Origin: Octopus bimaculoides
Taxonomy: Eukaryota
Length of the DNA: 64,000 bases
Direction: 5' to 3'
Assembly: GCF_001194135.2 (NCBI RefSeq)
Contig: NC_069003.1
Span: forward strand, 370,061-434,060
Below, piece by piece: positions 26,455 to 39,631 of the stretch. Within the stretch, counting starts at the first letter, position 1. The number at the start of each line of letters is the position of its first letter. The position numbers and the translations under genes are program-made. The notes beneath the pieces are model-generated. The model did no database searches. It had not been told where the DNA came from and saw nothing but the letters and a program-made list of their open reading frames with translations.

Positions 26455-26890
26455 TACATCATCATTGTTTAATATCCTTCTTCCAAGCTGCCATGGTGTG
26501 GACAGTTTGACAGGAGCTGGCCAGGCAGGAGCCAGCACAATGCTTCTGTGTCTGTTTTGGCAGGGTCTTGGCAGCTGGATGCCCTTCCTAACACCAACTG
26601 CTCTGCAGAGTGGGTTGAGTGCTTTTTACAAGGCACTCACACAGTTGAGGTCGTGATATTTACCACTGGATGCCCTTCCAAATACTTTACAGTGTGGACT
26701 GGGTGTTTTTTAAAGTGGTACCTGCACTGGCAGGGTCACCGAGTACCTTTGCATGACAAGGAATCTCTGAAGGGGGAGGGGGCATTGAAGGGGATGATCT
26801 TGTATCAGATGATGAAGGGTTAGGGTTAGGGTTAGGGTGTGACAGAAAGAAACAGATGTCTTGCTGTTGAAGAGGTACATGGTTGCCAGT
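26455..26890 (-). mobile_element. RTE-related 3' element with duplicated ggaagggcatccag module
   Basis: Colinear with 61790-62285; ends in gatgatg tail; contains (TTAGGG)3 at 26820-26837. Confidence 0.7.
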
Positions 26891-26999
26891 GTGATGAACT
26901 GGACTTCAGTAATCACATCCAGACTGAAAAACTCTGGTCTATGATTAGAATTTACCAATGTGCAAGATAATAAACCTCAGTATTAACAGTTTGCAGGGT

Positions 27000-27200
27000 A
27001 GTTGAGTGGTAGAATCATTAATTAGAATGTTGAACAAATATCTTATGGTTTTTAATTAGAATTCTTCACTTTCTGAAGTTAAATGCAAATGAATTCAGTT
27101 TTACCTCTTACCCTTTTCAGGTAAAAATAAGTACCAGTCAAATACAGGACTTGATATGAATGACAGCATCCAATCCCCTTATGCTTATATAAAAAAATCA
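27000..27200 (+). mobile_element. Old copy of second tRNA-SINE family
   Basis: gttgagtggtagaatcatt..ttctgaagttaaatgc..ggtaaaaataagtaccagtcaaatac. Confidence 0.45.
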
Positions 27201-27739
27201 CTATCATAGATCAGCAGATGTTGCTTACAGCAATGACCTCTCTTATATAATGTCGTATCAATTCCGAGCTAAGGAGACAAGGCTACCAGAGTGTAAGGGG
27301 TCTTGGTTTCAGTGACATCTACACATTATCAATTTCTCAATCTATTTTGTTAAATGTTTTTATGGTGGTATTTTTTCCGTTCTATTCTTGCAAAGAGGAG
27401 ATGGTTTTTTGAATGAATCGATTGAGGAGTCTTCTCACTACTTAACCATCCAACTGTGAAGTAGGAGGTTGTAGAATCTGTTTTATAATCTTAGGTAGGT
27501 GAAATGAAGGCAACAGCTATGTATCTAATGGCAGCAATAAGGTTCAGCTTCCTACCAAGAGGACAGAAGTGTTGTGTGTGTGTGTGAATGAATTTTCTTC
27601 AACCCGGGTTTGAAACCAGCTTGATATCTTTCCCCACTTTGCTGGCTGTTCACCACCTTTACACAACGGAGCACCTGCTTCTTGTGTCTTGTAAAATGTA
27701 AATGTCTCCCACTTGAGTTTTTAAGTATTGATACTTAGG

Positions 27740-27930
27740 TCCAGTTTCATTGTAGGAAGTGGATAAGAGACAAATTTCCACTTGGACAGGATGCCAGTCT
27801 ACAAAAGATACCGCTCTTTAGATGATGTTGTGCCAATTTCTGATAGGCAGATGATCTGAGGTATTGTAGAATACAATCTTCTGCTCAGAAACACAAAGGA
27901 AACTTGTAGTGGACTCAAACTCCATATCAA
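27740..27930 (-). mobile_element. Diverged V-domain-like SINE
   Basis: Minus strand gagtttgagtccactac..gtgtttctgagcagaa..gtagactggcatcctgtccaag..aatgaaactgg; related to 7420-7650. Confidence 0.4.
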
Positions 27931-28514
27931 CAAGTAGCTTAGTCAAATATATACATTCAGCTATCCAATATCTACATGGTGTATAGATTATTAATTAATA
28001 ATATCTTTAAATGCCATGTTTTTGTCATTTCTTTTGCTCCAACATTATTTGCTCTGTTCCTCCTTTGATCTTTTTCTCTCATGTTTATTTTATCTCTCTT
28101 TAGTTTATCTCTTCTTTTCCCTCAGTTTATTGCACTCTTTCACTTTTAACTTTGTTCCATCCTTTCAGCTTACTTAAATAATTATAAAATAACACACACA
28201 CACACACATGCTGTCTGGTCTTAGTTTAGACATGTTGAGTTTGAACATGATTAACTGAGATATATGATTTACACTCCTTGCAATAACCTCATAGTTTTTA
28301 AGTATGTTGAATCAATAAGGGTTATTGAATGGCAGAGTTCAACAGTTTATATTCTGATATCTGCACTGCGTTGCATGTCATCGTGTTTCTGGTATAGAAG
28401 CTTAAACTTCACCAGCAGAGGCCAGCTAGCTTTAAATAACTAAACAGGTATCATGTACTGACAATGTTAGCTACAATAAGCAGTAAGGAAACAATATACA
28501 TATATTACATTTAT

Positions 28515-28765
28515 TACAGTACACTCTGTTATGTGGTAGGCATTAAGAATGGCATACAACTTCAGAAACCATGTTAAAGCAGCCATGCTGGTGCCATGTA
28601 AAAAGCATCCAGTTCATTCTGTAAAGTGGTCAGTGTTAGGAAGGACATCCAGCTGCAGAAACCATGCCAAAACAGACCATTGGAGTCTGGACATCTCTCC
28701 AGCTGGCCACCTTCTATCAAACCATCCAACCTATGCCAGCACAGAGAACAGACATCAAAATCACA
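28515..28765 (+). mobile_element. RTE 3'UTR fragment with two modules
   Basis: Two cagt..ctgt..gtgg..ggcatt/gtgttaggaagg.catccagc..gaaaccatg modules followed by the ccatccaacctatgccagca end. Confidence 0.7.
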
Positions 28766-28826
28766 TATTTACATACATACATACATACATATATATATAC
28801 ATATATATATATATATACATACATAC

Positions 28827-28871
<45 letters not shown>

Positions 28872-29746
28872 CATATATATATACATATATATATATACAT
28901 ACATATATATATACATACATACATATATACATACATATATATATACATATATATATATATACATACATATATATATACATATATATATATATACATACAT
29001 ANNNNNNNNNNNNNNNNNNNNNNNNNNNNNNNNNNNNNNNNNNNNNNNNNNNNNNNNNNNNNNNNNNNNNNNNNNNNNNNNNNNNNNNNNNNNNNNNNNN
29101 NNNNNNNNNNNNNNNNNNNNNNNNNNNNNNNNNNNNNNNNNNNNNNNNNNNNNNNNNNNNNNNNNNNNNNNNNNNNNNNNNNNNNNNNNNNNNNNNNNNN
29201 NNNNNNNNNNNNNNNNNNNNNNNNNNNNNNNNNNNNNNNNNNNNNNNNNNNNNNNNNNNNNNNNNNNNNNNNNNNNNNNNNNNNNNNNNNNNNNNNNNNN
29301 NNNNNNNNNNNNNNNNNNNNNNNNNNNNNNNNNNNNNNNNNNNNNNNNNNNNNNNNNNNNNNNNNNNNNNNNNNNNNNNNNNNNNNNNNNNNNNNNNNNN
29401 NNNNNNNNNNNNNNNNNNNNNNNNNNNNNNNNNNNNNNNNNNNNNNNNNNNNNNNNNNNNNNNNNNNNNNNNNNNNNNNNNNNNNNNNNNNNNNNNNNNN
29501 NNNNNNNNNNNNNNNNNNNNNNNNNNNNNNNNNNNNNNNNNNNNNNNNNNNNNNNNNNNNNNNNNNNNNNNNNNNNNNNNNNNNNNNNNNNNNNNNNNNN
29601 NNNNNNNNNNNNNNNNNNNNNNNNNNNNNNNNNNNNNNNNNNNNNNNNNNNNNNNNNNNNNNNNNNNNNNNNNNNNNNNNNNNNNNNNNNNNNNNNNNNN
29701 NNNNNNNNNNNNNNNNNNNNNNNNNNNNNNNNNNNNTATATATATA

Positions 29747-29803
29747 CGTGTGGCTGTGTGGTAAGAAGCTTGCTTCCCAACCACATGGTTTTGGGTTCAG
29801 TCT
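29747..29803 (+). mobile_element. Isolated head of CORE-type SINE
   Basis: cgtgtggctgtgtggtaagaagcttgcttcccaaccacatggttttgggttcagtc, truncated at the B box. Confidence 0.75.
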
Positions 29804-29804
29804 C

Positions 29805-29940
29805 TGTAGCCTGTAACATATCTCATGATTGACCTTATCAAAAGCTTTTGCAGAGTCAAGATATATCATATCCCCATATCAGCAAAAGCTGTGTAAGGCA
29901 GCTTCTTCTTGGATAGAAACGATGCTGGGTCACAGGAACA
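29805..29940 (-). mobile_element. CR1/Jockey-group RT fragment
   Basis: Minus strand SCLTQLL followed (frameshift) by IYLDSAKAFDKVNHEI. Confidence 0.75.
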
Positions 29941-31105
29941 AGTAAGAGAGATTCAACAAGTTAGGTTGGAAACCTCAAAATAACAGCTTCCTGCTTTATT
30001 TACACTCAAAGTCAAGTGAGAGAAACTTCTAAGACACCATGCTGCTGCCCAAAATTTTACAATGCCACTCACTTGACACTAAAATTAATCATATTTTTGA
30101 AACTTCAATTGATTTTTTTTTAATCAAAGGCCAGCATTATAATTAATTTTTAATTTTGATGTTTGACTTTGATAGGAAAAACATGATGACTAATGCAATT
30201 CAAATTATGAAATTTGATGCCAACTATCACACAGGAAATTCTATAATGTGAATGAAAGAGTTAAGTTTTTAGAGCAGCTTATAAGTGCACAGTTAATTAC
30301 TCTCACACCAAGGCTATCAAAAACAAAAGCACAGCCTGTCAGTTATTATGTTGATATTATGCCAAGCCCCAGTCAGCTGACTAGCTCATGTTATAACACC
30401 CAACAAGCTAACAAGACTTGTCATGTGGTGTAACAGGTCTGCTATAGGCACAGATCTCATAACCGTTATGTCATCAAGCAATGGCATAACTTACACATTC
30501 TTCTGAAGAAGTGTTGTTTGTAGTTGATGCAATCAATAAATGGTGATGACACAGTCTTGTCACATAAATGCATGACCTTCATTGAAAGGTGTTCTGCGTA
30601 TTATATCTTTAGAATCCTATTGAAGACACATAAAATAAAAATCAAGTGCTGGTAAGAAAACTAGATAAGTAAAACTAGGCAGTGTCTAAGCCAATCTCCA
30701 TGTTAATCTATAGGTGCATGCTACTGCTGTCTTCCTCATTATCAACATTTAATGTCTGTCTTTAATGATTGCTTAAATTAAACTGTTTAACAGGATCCAA
30801 CATGTCAGAGGACTACATCATGCTCCGATGCCTGCTTCAGTACCATTTCCATAGATAACTTCTCTTCCTAATGCAATCACCCTATAGAATATATCAAATG
30901 TGTTCTTTGTGGCACAAGAGGCCAACTTGAAAATTGTGGGAGAAAGGGATGAAAAGCCCCTAAAGGAATTAGTGTTGGAAGTTAATAAGAAAGGAAAAGA
31001 AAAGACTAGAAGAAAAGACCAAGGGAAAGAAAAAGAGATAAGACGAGTTTCATATATAAATACATCATCTGTCTGTCTGTCTATTTAATTATCTCTCTCT
31101 CTCTC

Positions 31106-31221
<116 letters not shown>

Positions 31222-32963
31222 AGATGCAGTTGAAGTAGGTACTTAAATGGAGGCACCTTATTAGGTTGGTATAATCCAAAAACACCCAAACAATATTAAT
31301 TGAACATTGAATATCAAGACTCCATGCAGTGGTGTTTGTACCTGATATTCCTGCCGTGTGTGTAGACAATGCAACCCAACTAAGTGAAGAGTTAATATAA
31401 AAGAGTGTTCACTGATTTAAACAATGGTCTTGCTGGGGGTATTGAGTTTTTATTGTTTGCTTGTCGTCCACCGTAAAATATAGTCCAACAGCTTGGAGTA
31501 TATTTGAATGGAAGTACGTGCTGCAAGACTTGCTTAGCAAAGAGTAATCATTCTAAAATATTGTACACAATCGAAATTCTTTCTTGAATTCAAAATGCAA
31601 AATATTTGGATGCTGCCCTTGTGAATGGAAATTTGAGAGGGTGGCAACATGGTTCTCCCTATTTTCAGATGCAGGAATGATAGACATGTACATGTACAAT
31701 CACACACACACACAGCTGTCATGCTGCAGTCCTGGTTGACACAAAGGTGGGGAAAATCTTTCTCTCTTGGAAAATGTTAGAACTTTATACTTCGTTTCAC
31801 TCAGGCTCTTTTCCCCAAGACTCAGCCAACCAGAACTATGCCTACCTCCACAGCACCAAAGAGGCAATGTGTTTCCAGCCAAAATGCCTGCAGAGTCATC
31901 AATATTTCCAAGTGCAATAGTTGGCATGAAATTGTTGATAACAGACCAGTTATATACCATAACCAGTAATATACAGAATGATACTACACACACACACACA
32001 CACACACACACAGGAGCATGTATACGAGTGTGTGTGTGGGATTTTGAATATGTATGCTTATCTTTTTATGTGTGTGTCTTTAGTTATATTTAAATTGTTT
32101 AGGGTCCTCGTATTTCTTGTTTCCATAATCCTTGCTTGAAGAATTTTCCTGTGTTTGAGTGTGTGTACATACATACAAATAAAGACATGCATACACACAC
32201 ACACATACATGTGTGTGTGTGTGTGTATTACAACAACAAAAATGAACGACTCAAAGTCTTTCAATCCTCTAAAGAACAAGTTGGTCATAGGTACAAGTCC
32301 AGAAATTCTTTGCTGTCAGCAAAACAAATTGATACTACATGATGCATAACAATAGTGGAAATAATGCCATGACTCATGTATCTCAGAATTAATGTGTCCA
32401 CTTCTATTTTTCTTTACTTCCTGCAAATTATCCAACTTTCAGAAATATATAATCCAGCTGGATATATCTTGAAAACGCTGAATATGCATAGATAACTGTA
32501 TTTCCCTTCAGCGTGCAGATGGATGATCCCTACGAAATAGTTGTGAGGCTGCTTTGGCTTCGCATTTTTCACCCACTTTCTAAAACAGTATTGAAGGTGT
32601 AGCGACAGATGGAAGAAAACATATCCATACAACACCATAAAGCACAGGTTGGGGTACACATTAGCTTTGTATATCTTGTGTGGGTAGCACTGGCAAGTTG
32701 GTCAGGCATCTCTTGGGGATGATATCATTTTCCTCCATAAGTTATGTATTTCAACTGATAAATACACATCCAACAGCAATAAAATTAATGTGAGCATATA
32801 AGGAATGGGAACACACACACACACGCGTTCGTGTGTTGGCACTTATCAAAGTGGCAAGTGCCAACAAACATTAACTCTTGGTCAACTTCTGTCAATATTC
32901 ATGAAAAATGTATATATCTACTCATGTTCTGAGTTCTATTTTCCTGTTTGCATCTCCCAGCTG

Positions 32964-33008
<45 letters not shown>

Positions 33009-33625
33009 TGTATCTTGTTTCATAAGAAGGACTTTTGACAATTTCTATTATTAATACCAGCAGCCTACCCTGAGTTTTCCCTCATATCACATGCTTGATG
33101 ACAGGTCCAACACAAATTATCAGGAGTTATAATCTTTTATCATCTCATCTATATAACATAAGTAAAAAAACATAAAATGGCTTTATGGCAAGGGACACAA
33201 GGACTTTTGACATTCTATATCCAATAATTTATCTGGTTATCATATACACATTGTAGCTATCATGTAACCAGTTATCTGCATACAACTATTATCTCTCTGC
33301 AGTGAACATTGTTCAAAGCCATCTTTAGCTGCTCATAGACCTGATTCTTTATCAAAGAAGTGGGCATCCACACCATTAAAATATGATGATACTATACCAT
33401 TTATGAGCCACTTGGATCTTTATGCTACAACACCCATAACACATACCTTAAGAAAGCACTACCTCTGTGTCACTATATCTATAAAACAATGTTACTCTAT
33501 AAAACAACAATAATATATTTATAGGACAAAAAAAAACCCCAAAAGACAATTGAACTATCCAATCAAACTTTTAAAAAATCAAACAAAATATTCACCAGAA
33601 CAAAACCTTTAAAATTCAATCCTAC

Positions 33626-33698
33626 CTGTCTCCTGTTGAAATATTGCAAAATTCATTCTGAAACTTACCTGCAAGGAAAATAGAAAATATATGTTAAT
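33626..33698 (-). other. Candidate recursive splice site RS-B with 43-nt cryptic exon
   Basis: Minus strand ttaacatatattttctattttccttgcag|GTAAGTTT (junction 33669|33668); second donor ACAG|GTAGGA after 33626. Confidence 0.7.
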
Positions 33699-33854
33699 TA
33701 ATAAATTCACTTTTACACATGATTAGCATTTTGTTACATTTAACAATAAAGACATATTTTTTTTCTCATATCTTTTTTATCAACAAATATGATTCACTGA
33801 GAAATATACCTGTTTTGAATTATGAAGGTGTATTCAACTTTAGCACAGACTCAC

Positions 33855-33891
<37 letters not shown>

Positions 33892-34044
33892 AAGAAAGAA
33901 AAAAACCATACAAATATGTACTGTTGAATCATAGTTTTATTTATATATGGAGTATGGATACATAAATAATTTTATGTATGTATAATTATTTGTATACTGA
34001 TAGATATGAATAATTAGAACTGCCTGTGTGTGTGTGTGTGTGTG

Positions 34045-34163
34045 TGTGTAGGAAGGGCATCCAACTGTGGCAACTAAACCAAATCACAGTGGAGTTTGGT
34101 GCAGCTTTCCAGTTTGCCAGCCCTGGTCAAACCAAGCAGACCATGAACGACGGACATTCAATG

Positions 34164-34170
<7 letters not shown>
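34045..34170 (+). mobile_element. RTE 3' end fragment
   Basis: gtaggaagggcatccaactgtggc..acggacattcaatgatgatg. Confidence 0.7.
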
Positions 34171-34203
<33 letters not shown>

Positions 34204-34352
34204 TACAGTGGGTACTGAAAAGTTCCTGATTTTAAGGTAAAAGAAAACACAGGACGATCAGTTAATTATGATTTTATTCAACATCTTCCCCTCTCAGATT
34301 CACACACTTATTGCAGCAGTCCTTCAGTTTTTCTAAGCCCCACAAAAGAACT
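34204..34352 (-). mobile_element. Mariner (Tc1/mariner) 3' end with TIR
   Basis: TA followed by cagtgggtactgaaaagttcc TIR-like end; minus strand encodes ..GLEKLKDCCNKCVNLRGEDVE* (cf. mariner GIxKLxxRWxKCVxxxGxYVE). Confidence 0.75.
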
Positions 34353-34496
34353 TATATTTTAATGCTACATATTGATATTCATAATCTTTTTTATTCTATG
34401 TATTAAGTGATTGATAAAATACACTACTTATATGTTGTTGTGAGTTGTTATATGTGTCAACAATCCCTTGCAAAATTGGTACTGTTTAGAACAGCT

Positions 34497-34976
34497 TGTA
34501 GGGAAGTGGTTATACACCATTAAGTGTATTCCGATCCCGTACATTAAATTTCTTAAGGAAGAAAACGGAACGCAGATTCTAAACTAACAACACAACAAAT
34601 ATTTATTACAGTAGAATTCTGCTCACTCTAGGAGGGAATTCGGTAGCATGTCGCCCTTTGGTTAGATGAGACGCCGTCAATGAAGTTGCGTGGTTAGAAG
34701 TAATCTTTCTCCTCTCTGGTTATCTGTGGCTAGAGCTGCTACTGTGATGTCTAGCTTCCACGAAGGTCAGCGAGCAAAGAGCTCGAAAATGCGCGGGAAC
34801 GCTTGGATATGGATGACTACGCATGCGCATGAGACCCTTCCTGTATTCCTTCCGGAACTAGTCCCTGCGCATGCGTGGATAAACTCTCCAGAAATGGTGA
34901 TTGCTATTAGAGGCCACTACAAGCTAAATAGAGTTAGGCTGCTAAAAAGTGCCAAAATTATATTCTTGTGTTAACA
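34497..34976 (-). mobile_element. Probable solo LTR (CpG-rich island in AT-rich background)
   Basis: Minus strand TGTTAAC...CCCTACA termini, AATAAA followed by a GT-rich tract about 110 nt from the 3' end, CpG-rich U3-like part; no matching target-site duplication found. Confidence 0.45.
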
Positions 34977-35554
34977 GATAAACAGAATATCTTGTAGTGT
35001 GTTATATATGTACTAAATTTCTTTTTTTTTTTGTGTGTGTGCATCTTTTCATCCATAAATTTGATGGCATGATGGTAAGGCTGAAGCAATTGTCTCATGT
35101 GGGAAAGAATTCCTTTTACTTCACTAAGAATGGAAAGAAAAACATGCATTTTTAAACAGTCTTAGAAACGTGTGAATGTGTGTGTGTGTGTATAGTAGGT
35201 AATAAATACACATATCCCTGTGTGTATTTATGTCAGATATACATACACAGAAACATATGAATATATTCACACATATACATACACACACACACTTGAACTC
35301 CTGAGTAATTTGCGATAGACTCAGGCATTTCAAAGCAATGTTTATTTTTCCTTTGAACTAACAGCTATCTTCCCTCTTAGGATGGAGTAATGTATGTGTG
35401 ACGAGGGGTGGTACCGAAAGTAAAATACAGGTTGGGAGTTATAAGAATTGCCTTTCAGAAGGATGTAAGCTACACAACAACCTCTCCTTTCACCCTTTCC
35501 TAACAAATGAAAAATAAATGCAGTTACATTAGAGTAATTGTAATAATTGTTTCT

Positions 35555-35710
35555 AATTTAGGCACAAAACCATCAATATTTGGGAATGGCAGTTAGTTGA
35601 TGCTATCCAGCCTAGGACTGGACTGGTACTTTATTTTATCATCTCTGAAAGGTTGAAAGGCAAGATTAACCTTGGACTCAGGATGTGAAGAGCTGGAACC
35701 AATAAATCAT
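35555..35710 (-). mobile_element. Second tRNA-SINE family copy
   Basis: ggtactttattttatcatctctgaaaggttgaaaggcaagattaacc matches 59280-59330. Confidence 0.65.
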
Positions 35711-35759
35711 TGTTTTCTAATCCTCTAACTACCAATCAATTATTCTGATAATGATGATG

Positions 35760-35960
35760 GTTCCTGATTCAAGCACAAAACACCGATTATGAATGGAAGG
35801 GATTTAGTCAATACTATTGACTGAAAAGCTGATGGTACTTTATTCTATCAAACCTGAAAGAACGAAAGACAAAGTTTTCTTTGGATGAGATTTGATCTCA
35901 GAATGTAAAGACCGAAAGCAAATACTGCAAGGCAAATTTTTCTGACACTGTAACGATTTT
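35760..35960 (-). mobile_element. Second tRNA-SINE family copy, tandem to the previous one
   Basis: ggtactttattctatcaaacctgaaagaacgaaagacaaagt..gagatttgatctcagaatgtaaagac. Confidence 0.65.
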
Positions 35961-36299
35961 GCTTTCTGCACTCCCATGATAATAATAATAATCATAGCAA
36001 TAATCTCTTCTTTATAAGTCACGGGGGGGGGGGCTTAAAGAGATAATGAATACATAGCTTTCATTAGGGAAACAAAGAAAGGATAATGTGGAGTGTTAAA
36101 AATCATGTTTAAAAACGGAAAGGGAGCAGGTAAGAGATATATTCATTATATGGATGCATCAAGAATTTTAAAGGTACCCCTCCCATCAACACACACATAC
36201 ACACACACATAGTTACATGGAAATGAAAGCATAATCAAAACAAAATAGAATTTAAAGAAATAAAACATGAAAGATTTTCTGGTTAGGTTGAGTTGGATA

Positions 36300-37620
36300 C
36301 TCTATGTCTCCATTCACTTTACCATTTCTCAAATTCTGCTCAATTGTATCAGAATGCACCAGTGAACATTTTTTAAACATTTGATGTTTAGGGGGTTATT
36401 CTTTTTAAAGGTTGATATAATGCAATCATCTAACTTTTGCATGCTCTTTTATATTCTGAACCTAAATGTCTTTGTCTTTAGAACTTCAGAAATTCCACCA
36501 CAAATGCACAATTTTATCAATCAACTGCTTTTTTTCATTTTTCAAGAACTCATAGGTCATCTCCATTTTCAATTTCTTTATTTTCCTGATGAAGTATTTT
36601 ATTTTTGCTTTCATTGCTTGATATAATTCTTTGACCCTGATATTTTTTCCCCTTTCATATTGTCATCTGTAATTATTTCTTTCTCATTGCATGTTGTAGG
36701 TGTAGCACTACAGGTTGGTGCCATTAGGTGATAAAGTATTTTCTCATCTATTTGTGATATTTTCCTTGCAATCTCCAGTGTTTTTTTACTGGTGGTGCTT
36801 TGGAAACTGAGGTTTGTTTTTCTTGCTGTTCCTTGTCATTATTTTTGCTTCATTTTTATTCATTTCTTCAGGGCATTAACATTTAGCATTAACTTATGTT
36901 TTGCTCCAACAAATATAACTTGGCTTTCTATTTAGTATCCTCAATCTCATACCCTTTACTTTGATGCCATTTACCAGGCATAGTTCAGATATGCCTTTGC
37001 AGTCCTTGGAGATCAGTAGAACTTGCTAATCCATTATGATGTTCCCTGACCATAAATCCCTTTTGTTCAGCCTTCCATACTGCAACACAAGATTCCCTGT
37101 TAGTTGTCTTCTTATCATGACAATTGTGTTTCTTTCATTTGTGTACTGGAGGATGAATGTATAGTCAGAGGTGTGTCTGACAACTTCACATTGTTTTCTG
37201 GCTGCAGTTTCAGCTTTAAAGGTACTGCAAAAAGTGCCATACCTTTAGTTTTTTCCAATTATGCTAATCTCTCTGAATATATCCTGGAGGGCTTGAACTA
37301 TGGTGAGGAGTAATTTAAACCATTTCCATTATTCCATCAGCAGAGATGTATAATTTTTTTTGCTTCACCATCTCCTGTGGCAAAATAATACTAATGGGTT
37401 TTGCAAAATTCTTCCATCAATGTTTCTTATCTTGTAACTGTGACAAGGTCAAAAATTCTGTCTGTTCACTTGGTGTTGAGGGAAAATTTATTTTCACCCT
37501 GTTGCTGTTTGAACAGGTTTTAGTATTTGGAATTTTTTAAGGGTCGTTTGTATTATTGTCACTGCCCAGCCATCCCAATTACTTATTTGAATATCTAAGA
37601 TATTTTGTTTTGTGATGTCA
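36300..37620 (-). mobile_element. Very old non-LTR retrotransposon remnant, R4/Dong-like RT
   Basis: Minus-strand patches FQND, NWK, EQKGF, KDCK, LNYAW resemble the R4/Dong RT order EQKG..KDCK..NL.MAW; many stops; clade assignment tentative. Confidence 0.35.
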
Positions 37621-37794
37621 AACCTCTTGCCATACATACACATATTGCAGGCAGTCCATCCTTAAGCAATCATAGTTCTTTTTTAACAAGAACTCCAAAG
37701 AAAATTTCAGAAATTAATTTTTAAATAAAACATGTTTAGAAGAGAGACTTTGAAAGATGTCTTCAGACTATGAGAATCAACAACAGCAACGATA

Positions 37795-37927
37795 ATGGTT
37801 TCTGAGTTAGGTCCAAGGACAGTAGTTTTGGTGGGGAGTGNNNNNNNNNNCAATTCCATTGACTTGTACTTTATTTTATTAATAATGAAAGGATAAAAGC
37901 AAAACTGACCTAGGCAGAATTTGAGCG
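37795..37927 (-). mobile_element. Second tRNA-SINE family fragment (contains 10-N gap)
   Basis: gtactttattttattaataatgaaaggataaaagcaaaactgacctaggcagaatttgagc. Confidence 0.55.
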
Positions 37928-38684
37928 AAAATGGTGGTGGTGGTGATGATGATGAAGAAGAAGAGGGTAACTTATTTCACTCAATGTATCTATGATGAAG
38001 GGGACATTAGAAGGGCAGGATGTAATTTGTATGGATTTGCATAAAACAGTGAGGGAAAAAGGGGGTAGAAGGAGAAATTAGACGACATTATACATTTTAG
38101 AAAATTACTATTTTTAAATCTTTTCCCTTGTTCGAAAATATAAGGACACAGATCGTATTGTATAGCCAGCTGGAGACGATGTCTCCTGGGGCTAAATTAC
38201 AGCAACAGTAGTCCTAAACCAGGACTGCCATGTTATGTTGGCAAACAATCTTTACTACATTATACAGAATATGAGATTAGATGAATAATGCAGTCTTCTT
38301 GATACAGGAGAGCCTCCCACTAGGGCCAATCAAAGCCCCATGGATCTAGGATTACCTTGACCACCAGTGCATACTAGCATGGAAACTGGACATTAAATGA
38401 TGGAGATGATGATGATGATGACATGAGGTGTGTCTGTAAATATCCAAAGCCTTGATATGTTGGATGTACAGCCTCACTATAACTTTCAGTATGCTACCTG
38501 CATTATCATCAGTGGCCACTTGAAACCACATTCAGAACCCCCTGAGGGTTCTGAAAAATAAACAGAAAAATAGCGAACTATAACAGGAACTAACTGACTT
38601 GATCATTATTATCAGAAATATAAGCACAGGTGAATTCAAAGACATTGATATTGGAAACATGATAATGTTAGCAGTGTGTGTATT

Positions 38685-38733
<49 letters not shown>

Positions 38734-39310
38734 TGATTTCATTACTGTGATGTTTGAGCTGTTATTACTGGTGATAGTAGTATTATTGTCTTGTGATAGC
38801 CTTAAATGTTTTCCACTAATTTTGGTGCCATGTCAGAAAATGAGCTACCACCACCACCACCACCACTACTACTATGAGCAAATACAATGCATATATATAT
38901 ATATATTCCAGCACCAGTGCTGCCACCTCTGACACATCCTTCGTATGTATACTTTTATTGTCTTATCTCAGGGGAAGTCAAGTGAAAAGAAAAGTTGAAG
39001 TAGAATTGTCATTATTGTTTAGCATAATTTTGGTTTCTTATTTTTCTTCCAAGAATCTAATCAATAAAAAATAGACACACAGAAATGTGTGTCTTTCTCT
39101 GTGTGTCTGTGTGTGTGTGTATAAAGAGAAAGACACACATATACATAGACAAACAAAATTGGTGAATGTATAAAAGAAAAAAGAACATATATAAACAGAC
39201 AGACACACACACACACACGCACACAAAATGTGTATGTGTGTGTGGGGAGATGTACAAGTTGGTAGTGTCCTTGTGGAGTTAAGATGATCTCTCACAAACT
39301 AAGAATGAGT

Positions 39311-39341
<31 letters not shown>

Positions 39342-39589
39342 CTAGAGAGGGGTAAAGGAAGACTGAGAAGAAGAAGAGAAAGAGAGTGATGACCCTGGAA
39401 GGAGGAGAGAAACAGAGTGGGTGGGAAATTGCGACAAAAGTAGATAGAAATCACATGTCCGTCCCTTATTTCTTCTCATCTACTTTCTGCCATTAAACTA
39501 TGACTTGACTGATTGGTTTACTAAATCACTACATGACTATTTCGAAGTTTACACAACAGGCACACACATCTTTATATGTATGTGCTTTT

Positions 39590-39631
<42 letters not shown>

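Noticed and set aside
26816-26837. (TTAGGG)3, and (CCCTAA)2 at 9716-9731
   Set aside because: Too short for interstitial telomere; the first is a local expansion of a single ctaaacc-like unit present in the sister repeat at about 61850.
30600-30880. Possible R4-like RT patch (INMEIGLD) on the minus strand
   Set aside because: Single short motif without convincing neighbours.
35398-35430. acgaggggtggtaccgaaagt, resembling a mariner TIR
   Set aside because: No partner TIR or transposase remnant nearby, and no TA flank.
39436-39487. Imperfect hairpin aaagtagat..gaaat / atttc..atctacttt
   Set aside because: Only 9+5 bp with a large asymmetric bulge; too weak for a pre-miRNA call.
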